Below are positions 14,290 through 27,794 of a stretch of 64,000 nt of DNA, in pieces. Location of the stretch: contig NW_018408845.1 in assembly GCF_002113885.1 (NCBI RefSeq), positions 884,979 to 948,978 of the forward strand, given 5' to 3'. The translations under genes and the position numbers were made by a program. The notes below the pieces were generated by a model. That model was not told where the DNA came from. It saw nothing but the letters and a program-made list of their open reading frames with translations, and searched no databases. The DNA is from Mizuhopecten yessoensis. Its lineage: Eukaryota. Each line of letters starts with the position of its first letter. The stretch's first letter is position 1.

Positions 14290-16419
14290 TTTCCCAGCAA
14301 CATCATTCCTTTATATAGCATTCGATTCCTTGGATCCATGATGCAACCCTTTCTATATTCTGATCAAGATACAGGGGTTAATCCAAGAGTCAATCATTGA
14401 AGCATGATTGCATTTATCTCTTCATGACCTGAAATTGAATACGTGGTTATGGGATGGAGACCTCAAAAGTTAGTGCTGGTGGCCGGCAGGGACCCTTGTG
14501 TAATTTTATTAGCATCGCTGCATCCTTCAATTCATGTCCAGCAAGTGTTTATATGGTTATAGGGCGAAAATATTAACCATGTTAAATTTCAGGACTAAGT
14601 CACAAGGTAGAGCCGGACCCAAGAGCCAATCACGAGAGCATGATTGAGTCCTTCTCTTCATGCTCAGCAACTGTATGCATAGTTATCTTATAATGTAGGG
14701 ATCTCGGCCGTTTCCGTGTTCTGATCCAGGGACTAAGTCTCCATGGGCAGGGATGACACCAAGAGCAAATATTTGTAGCTTGAGGACATTTATTCCTTCA
14801 TAACCACAAACTGTATGTGTAGCCATAGGATGAAGACCTCATTTACTTTCAGTTTAAGACCTAAGAACTTAGTGCCCGATGGGCGGCATGACCCTTGAGT
14901 AATTGTAGTGTCATGAGTGTTCTCCTCATCTCCAGTGTGTGTTTTTATGGTAATAGGGTTGGGATCTTAACCATTTCAGTATGTTAAAACATTTGGACTA
15001 AGTCCTCACACAGAGCCAGAACCAGGGCGAATCCTGTTAGCATGACTGTGTCCTTCTCTTCTTGTCAACAAACTGCATACATGGTTATAGGATAGTGATA
15101 TCAACTGTTTCAATGCCATGATCCAGGAACCAAGCTTCCAGGAGCTGGGCCAAATTCATTCTTGATGACAAACAAGTGTATGTGATTATAGGGTGAGAAA
15201 AACATTGATTTCCATGTTTTATTCTAGGAACTTAGTGCCCTTGGATGGGAACAGACCAACAGAAGGACCGATCCTTGTAGCATAGAATCTTTTGTCTCAT
15301 AATGTCACATATGTGTACTCCGTTTCCAGAGCAGGGATATCGAGTGATTTCAAGTTATGACAAAAAAAAATCCCAATCTGTCAGACCTCTGAGTAAATTT
15401 TGGTAGCATGTAAGTATTTGTCTATTAGATATAGGATGGGAACCTCAACTGTTGATGAATTATGGTCAAATTTCTTCCATTGGGCCCCACCCTCTTCCGC
15501 AAATAGGGGCTGTACTTTCTTTTTATACAAATTCAAGTCCCTTTGGCCCAAAGATGGTCTAGATCAAAGTTGGTTAAGATCCCTCCATCGATTTGGAGAG
15601 TTAGTCCTATTTCCTCTATTCCACAACAGGTGGCTACACATCTTTTGTTTCAGAGAATGATTACAACCCTTTCATTCCCTTGGTCAAAGGATACTCTACA
15701 CAAATTTGGATATAATCTCTCCAATCTGATTCATACAGAAAAAAACTTTACTGCTCATCTCTATAACTCTATTTCTGAATCCTGCTCCTATGCCCTAAGG
15801 TCAGCCACATCCTCGATATTCAGGGGTTACGCTCACTTTCGCTCTCTGCACCCCTGGAATATGTCATAGCAAATCGAAGGCTTAGTGTGCAGCATCTTGT
15901 GGACAAAACGAAAAGACTAGTTTGATCCTTTGATGTACATCAAAAGAATCTTGCGGTCGTGAAATTGTAAAATTTACTGGCGTCGCTCCTCTGTCATCTT
16001 CAAAGGACAAGTATCAGACTAGTGATTGGTCAGGTTGTTTTTACCGGACACCAATCAAATAGCTAGCCATGTGCCTTCAAATTTGCTATGACATATTCCA
16101 GGGGTGTAGGGATCGAAAGTGAGCGCAACTCCTGGAGTATCGAGGATGGGGAAGCCGTACCATCCATTGAAGTCCCTTTGGCCAAGGATTCTCTTGACAA
16201 AGTTTGGTTAAATTTCGCCATTTATTTAACTATTTTTCCTTATTTGGATAAAACTTTAAGTCTCCTTTGCCCGACAATGCACCTGACAAAATTTGGACAA
16301 AATCCACTGAGCTGTTCAGAAAGAGTAGTTTTTTTCAGGAAAAAGTTGACAAAAATGGATGGATAGATGCAGTGCCATAGCATAAGCTCACAGGTCCTTT
16401 GGAGAAAGTGAACTAAAAA
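14290..16419 (-). mobile_element. Degenerate Helentron-associated (HINE-like) element with decayed internal repeats
   Basis: Right end AAGCTCACAGGTCCTTTGGAGAAAGTGAACTAAAAA resembles the reverse complement of a HINE terminal hairpin, next to a GGATGGATAGATG microsatellite remnant; decayed repeat units lie upstream. The left boundary is approximate. Confidence 0.5.
15808..16148. mobile_element. MITE family B (CATC...GATG termini), longer copy
   Basis: ~60-bp TIRs CATCCTCGATATTCAGGGGTTACGCTCACTTTCG... / ...CGAAAGTGAGCGCAACTCCTGGAGTATCGAGGATG; related copy at 32222-32388. Confidence 0.8.
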
Positions 16420-19400
16420 CAAACGAAATAGAAGAAGAAAACTATCATTGTTTTAGTCATTTTAATATTCAACATCAGTTTCTATATAGGTAAGTTCAAC
16501 AATAGAAATAATACTGACAACAATGTGGTACAAAGACTAATGGCACGTAGTTTACTAACGAACAAATGGCAAAACATGGAATATTTGTAGAGCAAAAGTT
16601 TTGTCTTGGTCCTGTCTGAACCTTGGCCATGGTCAAACTTGACCTTGGTCCAAGCACACTTGTGGTTGTTTTCATCATTACATTTGGATTGGGGTGTATT
16701 AATGAAATAAGAATTACATGTTAAATTGTAAATACTATAAGGAAATCATGTTGTCAGATTTATAAAAAAATAATTCAACAGATAACAGAGACCCCAGATT
16801 GCGATGTTGGCGCCCACCTTTTTAAGATCTTCATTTGTTCTATGTAAGTTTGATCTATCTATATGATATCATGTCAACAGTAAATGTGATGGTATGGTTT
16901 TGGTGTAGGTAACATGGTGCATCTAAGATATCGACTTGTACATCTATTTGTCCAAGTCCACATTATCGCTCTTTATCACATCTGTGACAAATTTGAAGAT
17001 TTTTTAGGAGACATTAAACATATCAAAATCAATATCATAAACCTCAATAATGCTGTGTCAGAAAGCCAACAACATTTAAAGAATTAAACACCGATATCTA
17101 CTTTCAATTTAACATTGTGCTATATCTATGCTTTGCAAATTATTTTAAACGTTTGCCCCCGATTCAAATGAAAACTGAACCACAACTGTCAAGTAAAAAA
17201 AACCACCACACATCCGCTAGCTTGTAATAAAGATATCATATTATATGCCTATGACAATGACCGTATTAGTTTCCAGAAAATCCCACAACCACAAAAAATA
17301 TTTGCCAGCATAACACCACTTATTGTAATGGAACATATTCTATAAGATATCAATTAGAATTGACTAATTTGAAAGAGATATTGAAGAAGATAGCCTCGAT
17401 AGGTATAATCAGAAACAGTCTACAGATTTTTTGAACTGCTGTACTTCATATTACTGTATTCTGTAATATGATAAGCATGCACATTTATCTAATCTCCAGA
17501 TAACATACATTCTGAATCTGAAATTTGTTATTTTTAACATTTTGAGTACAAATATCATGATATACATATCACCTGTTAACTTTGGCTCATGCTTAAATAT
17601 TTTCACATTCACCGAACATTGTTCATGTCAAATTTCAAGCAAAAAAGAAAGACAGAGAAAAATCTGAATTAGACAATTTACCTAAATGTGATATGACTTA
17701 TCCAGTGGGATATTACTAATGTTTCTAATGTTACTTCTGAATTACGCCATTTAAATGTGTTAGACTATCCATCGGGATATATCAATATTTCTAATTTCTT
17801 ATATAATGAATTACTTCTTAACACATCTATACTTTATTGCACTATAAACATTTGTAAATAAAAGATGACTGTAATTTGAGGAAGAAATGCTACATTACGA
17901 TAATGGAATCAGATTCTTTCTGCATATGTGTAGTTTTAATATATATGTTATCACGACAAATTTATCATTTTTTTAATCAAGGCTGAAATTATAAAAATTG
18001 CTTCCTTAAAAGTTTTCAATTATCAATATCTCAAACTTTCCAACCTGTACCATTACAGTTATAGTAGTTGATAAATCAAAATTTTACTGCTGACACAGAT
18101 AGCTCTAAACAAACCAGTCAATTGCATGTTGACTTACAATGTACTTTCATACATCACAACACAAAGCTAACTACATGTCAAGTAATACATTTGGTTATTA
18201 TCATTGAGCTTAGATTCCATGCTAATAAGTACAACTGCCAGGAATATAAGTTACGTAGTGTATATACATGCAATCATTTACAGCCACAACAAGGCAATAT
18301 TTTAAACAGACATACAAACAAAATAACAAACACTCAAAGAAGAAATAACAGTTGCTTTTTAGGAATGTAGCTGCGGGTGGAGTAAATACACAGTACTCTA
18401 TACAGCGTCAAAGTTTGTGCAGAATATATGGGAATCAATTTAAATAGTTAACAACCCTCTTTATATAACACGAAAGATGCATGGTCCATAAATTAAGTCT
18501 AATAGATTTTATCAAGGTTGGAAAAGAAAACATTGACCTCAAACAATAATCAATAGTGTTAAGCAATAGCTAGAGTTATGTCCCCTGTTTTGACCAACCT
18601 AAATTACTTGATATTAATTATCACACATGACAGCAATTGAATACTCATTGTTCTAAATAACTACACATAGTCAATGTGTACATGTATGGTTTTCCCTCTA
18701 TAGTAAAGACCAGTAAATTAAACGAGAAGAGTAACACATATGTACACAAAGTGTTCTAGTACAACATATAATAACAGCTACATAATAGGACATCAAAATA
18801 ATCATAACAAATAACATTTCAGATCCATTTGTAGAGAAATATCTTAAACACTCAATGTGTCAAATATAGTCCATGACAATCATATTCTAGTACATTTTAG
18901 TTGTAAACGTGGAAAATTTATAAAGAATCTCATTTTTTTGGTGTAATTAAACCTGATGAAGTGAAACAAAATAATATCAGTCATTCTTTAAAGTTGGATG
19001 CAAATAAAATCAAAGTGAAAAAACAAAAATATGATTATACATGTAATGATATATATTATAGATTAAAGTAGCAGTAATATTGTATCTAGTCATGGATGTA
19101 ATTTCTTCCAATGTTTGCAGAATTCTATAGATGTAAAGAACACAACGGTATGTTTTAAATGTCTAATTATTCATGCAGTGAACGAAAATTTACTCGGCTA
19201 ATGAGCTTTATAGTATGCTCCGAGATGTCTGTGAAACACAGTTTAGGCATCTCAGAGTATACTTTATATAAAATGTACCATAAAAACAGAATATTTTTGT
19301 ACTGTAAAAAATACTGTTTCCAATTAATTATGTAAATCAAAATAAATCTGATACCATCCAACCATATACTTTTTTTAAGTATGAATATTTGAAGATCACT

Positions 19401-19493
19401 ATAATCAATATCAAAAGATGTAATATTATGACAATAATACGAAGTTTTCGAAAATTCATAAGTTGCTGTTCTTTCAAAATAAAATAATAATAA

Positions 19494-19918
19494 TGTAACC
19501 CTGGTAAATACTAGCCGCAATATATCGCTCGGCTATAGAGAACTTCTCTTTAGCTCGATCGGTTGAGCGTAAGACTAGTAAGCCAGAGGTCCCGGGTTCG
19601 ATCCCATGCGGAGGTAGTGATTCATATTTAATTAATCATGCGCTCTGTTACATTGGCGCCCACGTAGGGACCCGGGAAAAATACTCGGCCTTGCTCCACA
19701 AGCATCGCTGTTACCCCTGGAAAAACTCGAGGACGAGTTCTTTCCTGGAAGGGGGAGTATGTAACCCTGGTAAATACTAGCCGCAATATATCGCTCGGCT
19801 ATAGAGAACTTCTCTTTAGCTCGATCGGTTGAGCGTAAGACTAGTAAGCCAGAGGTCCCGGGTTCGATCCCATGCGGAGGTAGTGATTCATATTTAATTA
19901 ATCATGCGCTCTGTTACA
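19494..19918 (+). mobile_element. Intact miniature LTR retrotransposon (TRIM) with tRNA-like LTRs (Helenus-type)
   Basis: Two 159-bp LTRs, identical by eye (19494-19652, 19760-19918), with TGTAAC...GTTACA ends. PBS TGGCGCCCACGTAGGGAC (tRNA-Lys-like) at 19654-19671; PPT GGAAGGGGGAG before the 3' LTR; 4-bp TSD ATAA (19490-19493 / 19919-19922). Each LTR has an A box (TAGCTCGATCGG) and a B box (GGTTCGATCCC). Confidence 0.93.
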
Positions 19919-20634
19919 ATAAGGCAACAAATCTTAGAAAGAATTAATTCATCTTACATTAGTGATATTGGTTTGTTGGTCAACCATTCCTGTGGTAGGA
20001 CATTACAGAAAGATAATCAAATTAATCAAGAGTATGTGTGTTAAAGATACAGTACCCCTTTAGTGTCTATATAAAACCTTGTTAATCTGGACATGTAGTG
20101 AAACTTCAGCTTTCCAGAAAACTGGACATGTGTTACAGCAGACAAGACAGGTCATGATCAGAGTAAAGACATTTGTGGCAAGTAGCAAGCATTAAGGTAA
20201 TAGAAACCCTTACCCCTCATTAGTGTGACATTTCTGCAAGGTTATCTCCCCTTTCCTTTGTAAATAATATTACTTTTCAATGCAATGAAAACACTCAGAA
20301 AGCAGTTAATCATACCTTGCTAAGTTCCACTGCATATAGTGAGAGAGTGAATTGTGAAGGGCAGGCTATATTTACTTGAACAAACTAGTTATGTCATGGA
20401 GCATCAGAGTAAGCACACTACTATACATAGCTACTAGCTACAGAAAGAACGGTCTAGGAATGGTGATATAGTCAGACAATACCAAACACACAAACATATG
20501 CAGCACATCAACTGTCTAAATCAGCTGTTGAACAAACATTAACTTGTCGTCATGAATTCACAAAAATAAACAACAATCATGATCAGTAACAATTTGTTCT
20601 ATATGTAACTAATCATTATACATGTATATTAAAC

Positions 20635-21420
20635 ATACTACACATAGACTATAGTCATACGCATTTACTATAGTCAAACATACAGACTATAGTACTTGGT
20701 AATACACATAAAACCAGTCACACACATAAACTATTAGTCAAACACATAGACTATAGTCACATACATAGACTATATAATCATACACATTTACTATAGTCAC
20801 ACATACAGACTATAGTAATACACATAAAACCATAGTCGCAGCCAAATACTATTAGTCAAACACAAAGACTATAGTCACATACATAGACTATAGTCACACA
20901 CATGTACATGGACTTTTAGACATAAAGTACACATAAACTGTAGTCATACATATAGACTATTAGTAACGAACTATGAGTCATACACATAGACTATATGCTA
21001 TACATACAGACTATTAGTCATACATATGGACTATTAGCCATACATACAGACTATCAGTCATACATACAGACTATCAGTCATACATATGGACAATTAGCCA
21101 TACATACAGACTATCAGTCATACATATAAACTATTAGCCATACATACAGACTATCAGTCATACATATGGACTATTAGCCATACATACAGACTATCAATCA
21201 TACATATAAACTATTAGCCATACATACAGACTATCAGTCATACATATGGACTATATGCCATACATACAGACTATCAGTTGTACATATGGACTATTAGCCA
21301 TACATACAGACTAACAGTCATACATATGGGCTATTAGCCATACATACAGACTATCAGTCATACACAAAGACTGACTTTTAGTCATACACAGATTATCAGC
21401 CAGACACTGTACACATCCTA
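20635..21420. repeat. ~19-20-bp tandem minisatellite (TACATACAGACTATCAGTCA)
   Basis: Regular 20-bp period at 21001-21360 with degenerate flanks. Confidence 0.9.
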
Positions 21421-22361
21421 CACAGATTATTTTTCAGACACATAGGCTGTTAAGTCTTATAGTCAAGCATTAATAACATACCTTGCTTTCTGTTTGCCAT
21501 TTATGTAACAATAGTTCATCAAACTTCTTATTCATAAGATAAGAATTTATGAAAAATTAACAAATAGATGTTCCGTAATTATATAATTGCCTTATACATG
21601 TACTGGAAGTTGTTGTCAATACTCATGGCAAACCCCCCCCCAAAAAACATGGATTTATAGATATAGTTATATGTAACAGATCTCCAAAACATACATGTAT
21701 TAATTTATACAAGTTTGCCTCTTTATACAAGAAATAAGAGAAAAAATAATGTAACATGTTTTCTTAAATGACAAAATCAACAGTCTAGTGTATGTATTAT
21801 CTATTGTAATCACCCATTACCAATATCATTGTTTTGGTGATTTTTTTGTTAATTTTCTGTGGCTAATGATTGACTTTTGCAAAAAAAGGTTGAACAGCTA
21901 TAAAAATATCTTGATAAAATTTTGTGTTGAAAAACATTTGTGAAATTCAATTGAAGAGATAAAAAAGTGGTTTATATTAACTTGTATTAGTATTATTGTT
22001 ATATAACATTTAAGAGATAAAGTGGAGTTACTACAAGTATAACTTTGCAATTGTAATATCTTTTTCAAACACCATTGTGCAACTTAACCAGTGAGAAAAA
22101 TGTTCCTATTGAGGAAAAATATTGATGAATAAATACATGGCTATAATTATTTGTGTTTTCATAGAATGAAGACAAAATTCTGGCGATATCAGTGAAGATT
22201 CAATAACTGATCCTAAACAGTAACATCCAAATGTGTCCTAACCGTCAACACTAAATCTCCCAGATTCTGATGTTATAAAACAATTAACAAAACATTATTC
22301 AGAGAGGAGATAATCAATCTTTTACCAACCAAATCAGTACATCTTTTTAATGATTACTTAA

Positions 22362-22444
22362 CCCTTTCATCCCTATGTCACTTTAGTAGACTCTACCATG
22401 CATTGATCTGGAGGAGTCAATTATGGTCTTCAGTGGTGAAAGGG
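22362..22444. mobile_element. piggyBac-like mini-MITE
   Basis: TTAA|CCCTTTCA...TGAAAGGG|TTAA: CCC/GGG termini and a TTAA target duplication; 83 bp. Confidence 0.75.
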
Positions 22445-23411
22445 TTAAAACAAATCATTTATATATAGTTAGTCAGAAGAAATCAAGTGATTAGGTAGCA
22501 GAGTACAGTAGAAATGGTTTGACCCTAAAAATAAAGGACATGTCTCGGATAAACATGGATAGCGGATTCAACCTGCACAACACACCTACATATATATATA
22601 TATGTATTTCTAAACTACGTTTTGAATACAGTTTTTTTAGAAGAATGATTTTTTTTTCGAAAAGTGATTTTGTTACCACATCAAAAAATGCAAAAAAATG
22701 CAAAAAAACATGATTTTTAACCCAAAATTTGACCCACGCAAGTAGTAATTGTCTTCTTAAAACCTGCCTTAATTAAATATCACCTACTCGGTCACAGAAA
22801 TACTCATGTTTTAGCATAGGTTGCAAACTGGATTTTTCACAATATTTACACATGTGCTCAGTACAAAAATAGACTACATGAAAAGCTAGCTTTTGTTGTG
22901 TAGACACAGATTCGTAATTGGCCAAAAATGTAGTCTCAAGCCAAATTAAAATATTTTTTTAAAAATGTGAAGCCCATGTAGTCCAATTCATCATGTATAT
23001 GCCAATTTTAGAGCTGATTTTTTTAACTTTTGATACATGTAATATTACAGAGGTTATTCATTGTACAAAAATATCACCCATGGCCACCGTACACTGCTAC
23101 CTTAGGAACCACCGTACGCTACTGTACACTGCTACCTTAGGAAGGCTAAGACATATTATGGACATTATTCTTTTTTATCTTTTCATCTTACTACAGGGCT
23201 TGTTCTTATCAATCAATATTAAATTTTCTTTATTATAATGTGTCATTTCAATTTTCTTCCCATACGACTCAAGAATCCACTCTTCCTAATCCCTGTTAAA
23301 TAAATATATCACAAAATATTTCTTTTTACATTTATTTATCAATGCATTATCAATTTTTCCTTGAAAACACATTAGTGCTGTGAGTTAATTAACTGCATCT
23401 TTGCTGAAAGC

Positions 23412-24599
23412 TTAGTGCAATGAGTATGTGCTGCTGCGGATTGACGAGGACAGAAACGGATTAGGATCAGGCTCTTCTTTCATCATGGTAACCTTTATCC
23501 ATTCTTTGGTTTTATTTGATTTTCTTATGGCGTCCACAACAGTCTGAACATACAGTGAGTCTTCAAAATTTGCTGCCTGCAATACTGGATCTTGACAGTA
23601 ACTCTGTCGTTCTTCTTCTTTCTCAAAAGCATCTTTTACTGCTTCGATCATCCTAATGATTCCCTTTAAATATGGTGTGGCAATCTCTGCTCTAGTTTTA
23701 TCTGAAACTCCATGTCTCTCCTCCTCTTTGAAGTTGATGGGATCAAAGTGTATAAGTCTCTCTTTCTTTTCCGAATGCTTCTGACCATACAAGTCTGCAC
23801 CCTTGGCAATCAGACGACCTTTCGTTCCTACCATGAGTATTTCCTGTAGGAACACACCAGGTATATGACTGTTGATGGTAACAGTAGCACAGGATCCTTT
23901 GTCAAGTTCCATTTGAAAGGAACAGAAATCATCACTAGTTATTTCTCTGATACCTTTGATTTTTTCGGTTTGTTTTGTATAGGTTTTCAACATTCCATGA
24001 ACTTGTGTAGCTTTTTGACCAGTCAGATATGAAATGACATCAATTATATTATTTCCTATTGTATTAAGAACCCCGCCTCCCATCATTTCATCACACATCC
24101 AATCAAACTTTTCTTTTGGACTAGCTTCAAAATGTATGTTGACTTCGCAAATGGTCATGTCTCCAATGAAACTGTCTTCCATAAGTTGTTTCATCTTGCA
24201 AATTGTTGGCAAGAAGCGCAATCCGAAAACAATGAATGACATTAATCGCGGGTAATATCTTGAGGCGTTAACCATCCGTAAAGCATCTACCTGGCATGGT
24301 CCTGCCGGTGCCCCACATAGTACGTGCTTACCTATCCCCAGGGCTTTTACGGCAATAGGTGATTGGAGGTGAGGGGGGCAGCTTATAACAACAACATCCA
24401 CGTCTCTATTGAGCAGGACTTCATCCACCCTATTTGTACTGAATGGTATGTTCAATTCTTTGGCTAGCTCGTCTGCTTCCTCCTTCGTTCGACCCCACAA
24501 TGCGGCAACGTGAAACCCACATGATTTCAAAAGTGGAACATAGGATCGTATTGATGTTGTGGTACCGAGCACGCCAATACCAGGAAGCATTTTCCGCAT
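23412..24599 (-). CDS. GFOD1: Glucose-fructose oxidoreductase domain-containing protein (GFOD1/2 homolog, Gfo/Idh/MocA family), single-exon CDS, 395 aa
   Basis: MLPGIGVLGT N-terminus, Rossmann-like start, VKALGIGKHVLC, WMCDEMMGGGVLN, GIREITSDDFCSFQM and ANFEDSLYVQTVVDAI motifs typical of GFOD1/2. Probably co-orthologous to both vertebrate paralogs. Confidence 0.93.
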   Translation of the reverse strand: MRKMLPGIGVLGTTTSIRSYVPLLKSCGFHVAALWGRTKEEADELAKELNIPFSTNRVDEVLLNRDVDVVVISCPPHLQSPIAVKALGIGKHVLCGAPAGPCQVDALRMVNASRYYPRLMSFIVFGLRFLPTICKMKQLMEDSFIGDMTICEVNIHFEASPKEKFDWMCDEMMGGGVLNTIGNNIIDVISYLTGQKATQVHGMLKTYTKQTEKIKGIREITSDDFCSFQMELDKGSCATVTINSHIPGVFLQEILMVGTKGRLIAKGADLYGQKHSEKKERLIHFDPINFKEEERHGVSDKTRAEIATPYLKGIIRMIEAVKDAFEKEEERQSYCQDPVLQAANFEDSLYVQTVVDAIRKSNKTKEWIKVTMMKEEPDPNPFLSSSIRSSTYSLH

Positions 24600-24899
24600 T
24601 CTGCCTCATTTACTAAGACAGTTCAACCATCAGTTCGAAACATCAATTGCCCACCTTATGTGCATTGAAGAAATGAAATGTCTTATGCATGCATTTGTAG
24701 GGCTTTTTGTCTTATTCTCTGCGTCAAGGATTTTCTTTCTGAACCCCTTCTTGACAGGCATTCAATGTCAATGGAACGCTTTCAATAGACCACTCCTAAA
24801 ACAAACATTTCAGAGATGCTATACACGTTTTTTTTATGTCGTAAACAAAACAATTTTGTATGCATGAATGATTATTTCAAACAAACAAGATGATACGAC

Positions 24900-25075
24900 G
24901 AATTATCAGAGTTTATATATCATCCCTGTTCTGGTTTGTTAACTTTAAATAATCATAGCATATTTCCTCTAATTTTACGACAATTACATTTTTTATACTT
25001 TTCATTTCCGGGTTCACTGTTGTTGCATTGCTGAAAGTCAAGTTTTAAAAAAGTTGCCGACATCTGAGGTATGAA
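24900..25075. promoter_or_regulatory. Probable bidirectional promoter for GFOD (-) and MsrA (+), with a candidate non-coding MsrA exon
   Basis: Head-to-head arrangement; ETS-like TTCCGG at ~25006; candidate + strand donor GAG|GTATGA after 25068. The MsrA ATG exon starts at an acceptor (27791), so an upstream non-coding exon is expected. Confidence 0.4.
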
Positions 25076-26065
25076 TTATTCAACTTATACAACTGTTTGG
25101 CATAATGTCTTGCGATATGGTCCAATGGTTTTCTTGTTGTTGTAAGCTATTTTTGTAAACTCAACCAGACTTTGGACATTTTGACATATATCGTCTACTG
25201 TAGTCACCAGTTTCCGCGCGTTATGTATTTCCGCGCAGCCATTTTATCAAGCTATATCTAGTAACTACGTGACCTGCTGGACACAACACAAGGATATTTT
25301 AGACGTTTTGCCATCGTCTGTAAACTGACTCAAAAAATAACGGAAGTTCGTCCGGAAAACATCAGAAATAATCACCGATTAAAAAACACGCATAAATATG
25401 CAGTTTTGCTTAATGCACTTTTTATCTTGCTCAAAATGAACCCATACCTGAAAAAACGATGATATATCATTCATGAACCGGTCTTTTTTGTAGTCTGACA
25501 AACGTACGAAAATGTCGTATGCAAATGAGGCCACATCTCCTCGCCGATTTTTGTCCACTTCCGAAGAGCCAAGGAGACATTCTTATGTCGATAAACAGTG
25601 TTTTCAATAAAACGTAAACCTTGTAATGCAATGAACTTCCAATTTTAACCAATTTTAAACAGAACAAAATGAGAAATAACATACCATCAACCAAAACCGA
25701 TATAAAACTGCAGAAAAAAATAATAACAGATTCTATATTATAACTAAATAAATAAAATAAATAAATTTATAAAATTACATGAATTCGTTCAATTTGACAT
25801 CTTGAAAAATCATTCAAAAATGTGAAATTTAAAAAAAGTTTTTTTGATAATTAATTTGACAATCAAAGATTTTTTTTTAATTCCAAGTGAAGCTTTTGTT
25901 CTTGCAGGCAGGGACGTATATACTGTCCCTGTTGCAGGTCACTGTAGAGATTATTTTTAGTGTATCAAGTTATCTTTCTTCGAACACTTAATCAAAGTAG
26001 ACACAAGGAAACATATGACGGCTACTTCCGAAGGGAGAAATTTGTTAAAAATTGTTTGTTCTGAT

Positions 26066-26530
26066 TTTTAGCCCACCATCATCTGATGGTGGGCTATTCA
26101 AATCACCCTGCGTCCGTGGTCCGTCGTCCGTCCGTTGTCCGTGGTCCGTCCGTAAACAATTCTTTGTTATCGGTATTTCTCAAGAAGTACCAGAGGTTTT
26201 TTTCTCAAATTTTATATGTAGGTTCCCCTTGGTCCTTAGCTGTGCATGGCAATTTTTGAGACTGATCGGATTAACAACATGGCCGACAGGCAGCCATCTT
26301 GGATTTTGATATTGAAAGTTTGTTATCGCTATTACTCAAGAAGTACCAGAGGGATCTTTCTCAAATTTTATATGTAGGTTCCCCTTGGTCCTTAGCTGTG
26401 CAGGGCAATTTTTGAGACTGATCGGATAAACAACATGGCCGACAGGCAGCCATCTTGGATTTTGATATTGAAAGTTTGTTATCGCTATTTCTCAAGAAGT
26501 ACCAGAGGGATCTTTCTCAAATTTTATATG
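26066..26530 (+). mobile_element. HINE (Helentron-associated) element with a 156-bp internal tandem satellite, running into the assembly gap
   Basis: TTTTAGCCCACCATCATCTGATGGTGGGCTA terminal hairpin, (GTCC)n microsatellite, then 156-bp tandem units (26283 to 26439). Confidence 0.85.
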
Positions 26531-27119
26531 NNNNNNNNNNNNNNNNNNNNNNNNNNNNNNNNNNNNNNNNNNNNNNNNNNNNNNNNNNNNNNNNNNNNNN
26601 NNNNNNNNNNNNNNNNNNNNNNNNNNNNNNNNNNNNNNNNNNNNNNNNNNNNNNNNNNNNNNNNNNNNNNNNNNNNNNNNNNNNNNNNNNNNNNNNNNNN
26701 NNNNNNNNNNNNNNNNNNNNNNNNNNNNNNNNNNNNNNNNNNNNNNNNNNNNNNNNNNNNNNNNNNNNNNNNNNNNNNNNNNNNNNNNNNNNNNNNNNNN
26801 NNNNNNNNNNNNNNNNNNNNNNNNNNNNNNNNNNNNNNNNNNNNNNNNNNNNNNNNNNNNNNNNNNNNNNNNNNNNNNNNNNNNNNNNNNNNNNNNNNNN
26901 NNNNNNNNNNNNNNNNNNNNNNNNNNNNNNNNNNNNNNNNNNNNNNNNNNNNNNNNNNNNNNNNNNNNNNNNNNNNNNNNNNNNNNNNNNNNNNNNNNNN
27001 NNNNNNNNNNNNNNNNNNNNNNNNNNNNNNNNNNNNNNNNNNNNNNNNNNNNNNNNNNNNNNNNNNNNNNNNNNNNNNNNNNNNNNNNNNNNNNNNNNNN
27101 NNNNNNNNNNNNNNNNNNN
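26531..27119. other. Assembly gap (N run)
   Basis: Run of n bases. Confidence 1.
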
Positions 27120-27794
27120 ATTCTATTTCTTTCACATTAAGTACTGTACTAGTAAATATGTGAAATGACAAACTCACTTTGAAGGTTGGCTTTCATACAC
27201 ATCAGTATTAAGTTTAGATCAAAAGTTACCTCAAGGTGCATTTACTGTTAACATGACTCGATCAAACAGATTAGAGGAAAGAAGAGAAAAGATCGAACTG
27301 ACAAAGAACTAATGAAGATGGTACAAAGGTGGGCGCCAAGATCCCTCTGGGATCTCTTGTTTAAAATACAGTTTTATGTTGTTAGTTTTTTGTTTCCCTT
27401 AGTAGATTGTATACATGTTTATGACAGTCTTCCGTAATTTCAACAGTTTTCTGCCGATATGAGTACGAAATCGCGGATGCTTCTTAAGTGCGCGGAAACC
27501 GGTAACCCGAGGATACTATCTGTCAAAATGTCCTAGTCTGGTGTCAGGGCCAGAGGAAACTCGGGCTAGCATTTGAGTAACAATTACCGTTATGAGTTAC
27601 AATTTTATTACTGAAATGGGGAATCATGTGAAATGAAAACACATAAAATTCTTTTAAATTTCAGGATCAACGGCTTCACACTTTCAACGGAACACAATAA
27701 ATTATACAATGTATTATCTAATTGGCTGTTGTAATATTGGATGATTGTTTAGATGAAGATCAAACTATAAAAGAAATGTTTATATTTATAGAAC

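Larger units (their letters stand above)
25165..27542. mobile_element. ~2.4-kb non-autonomous DNA transposon bounded by imperfect ~55-bp inverted repeats
   Basis: Left ACCAGACTTTGGACATTTTGACATATA...CCAGTTTCCGCGC matches the reverse complement of the right end ACCAGACTAGGACATTTTGACAGATA...CCGGTTTCCGCGC. The span includes an N gap. Confidence 0.6.

Noticed and set aside
19550-19620. Possible tRNA-Thr(AGT) gene (also at 19816-19886 and 56780-56850)
   Set aside because: Acceptor and anticodon stems pair poorly, and the sequence is embedded in LTRs with PBS/PPT/TSD; TE-borne tRNA-like promoter.
26435-27177. Long ORFs full of X
   Set aside because: Artefacts of the N gap; the same applies to 62465-63556.
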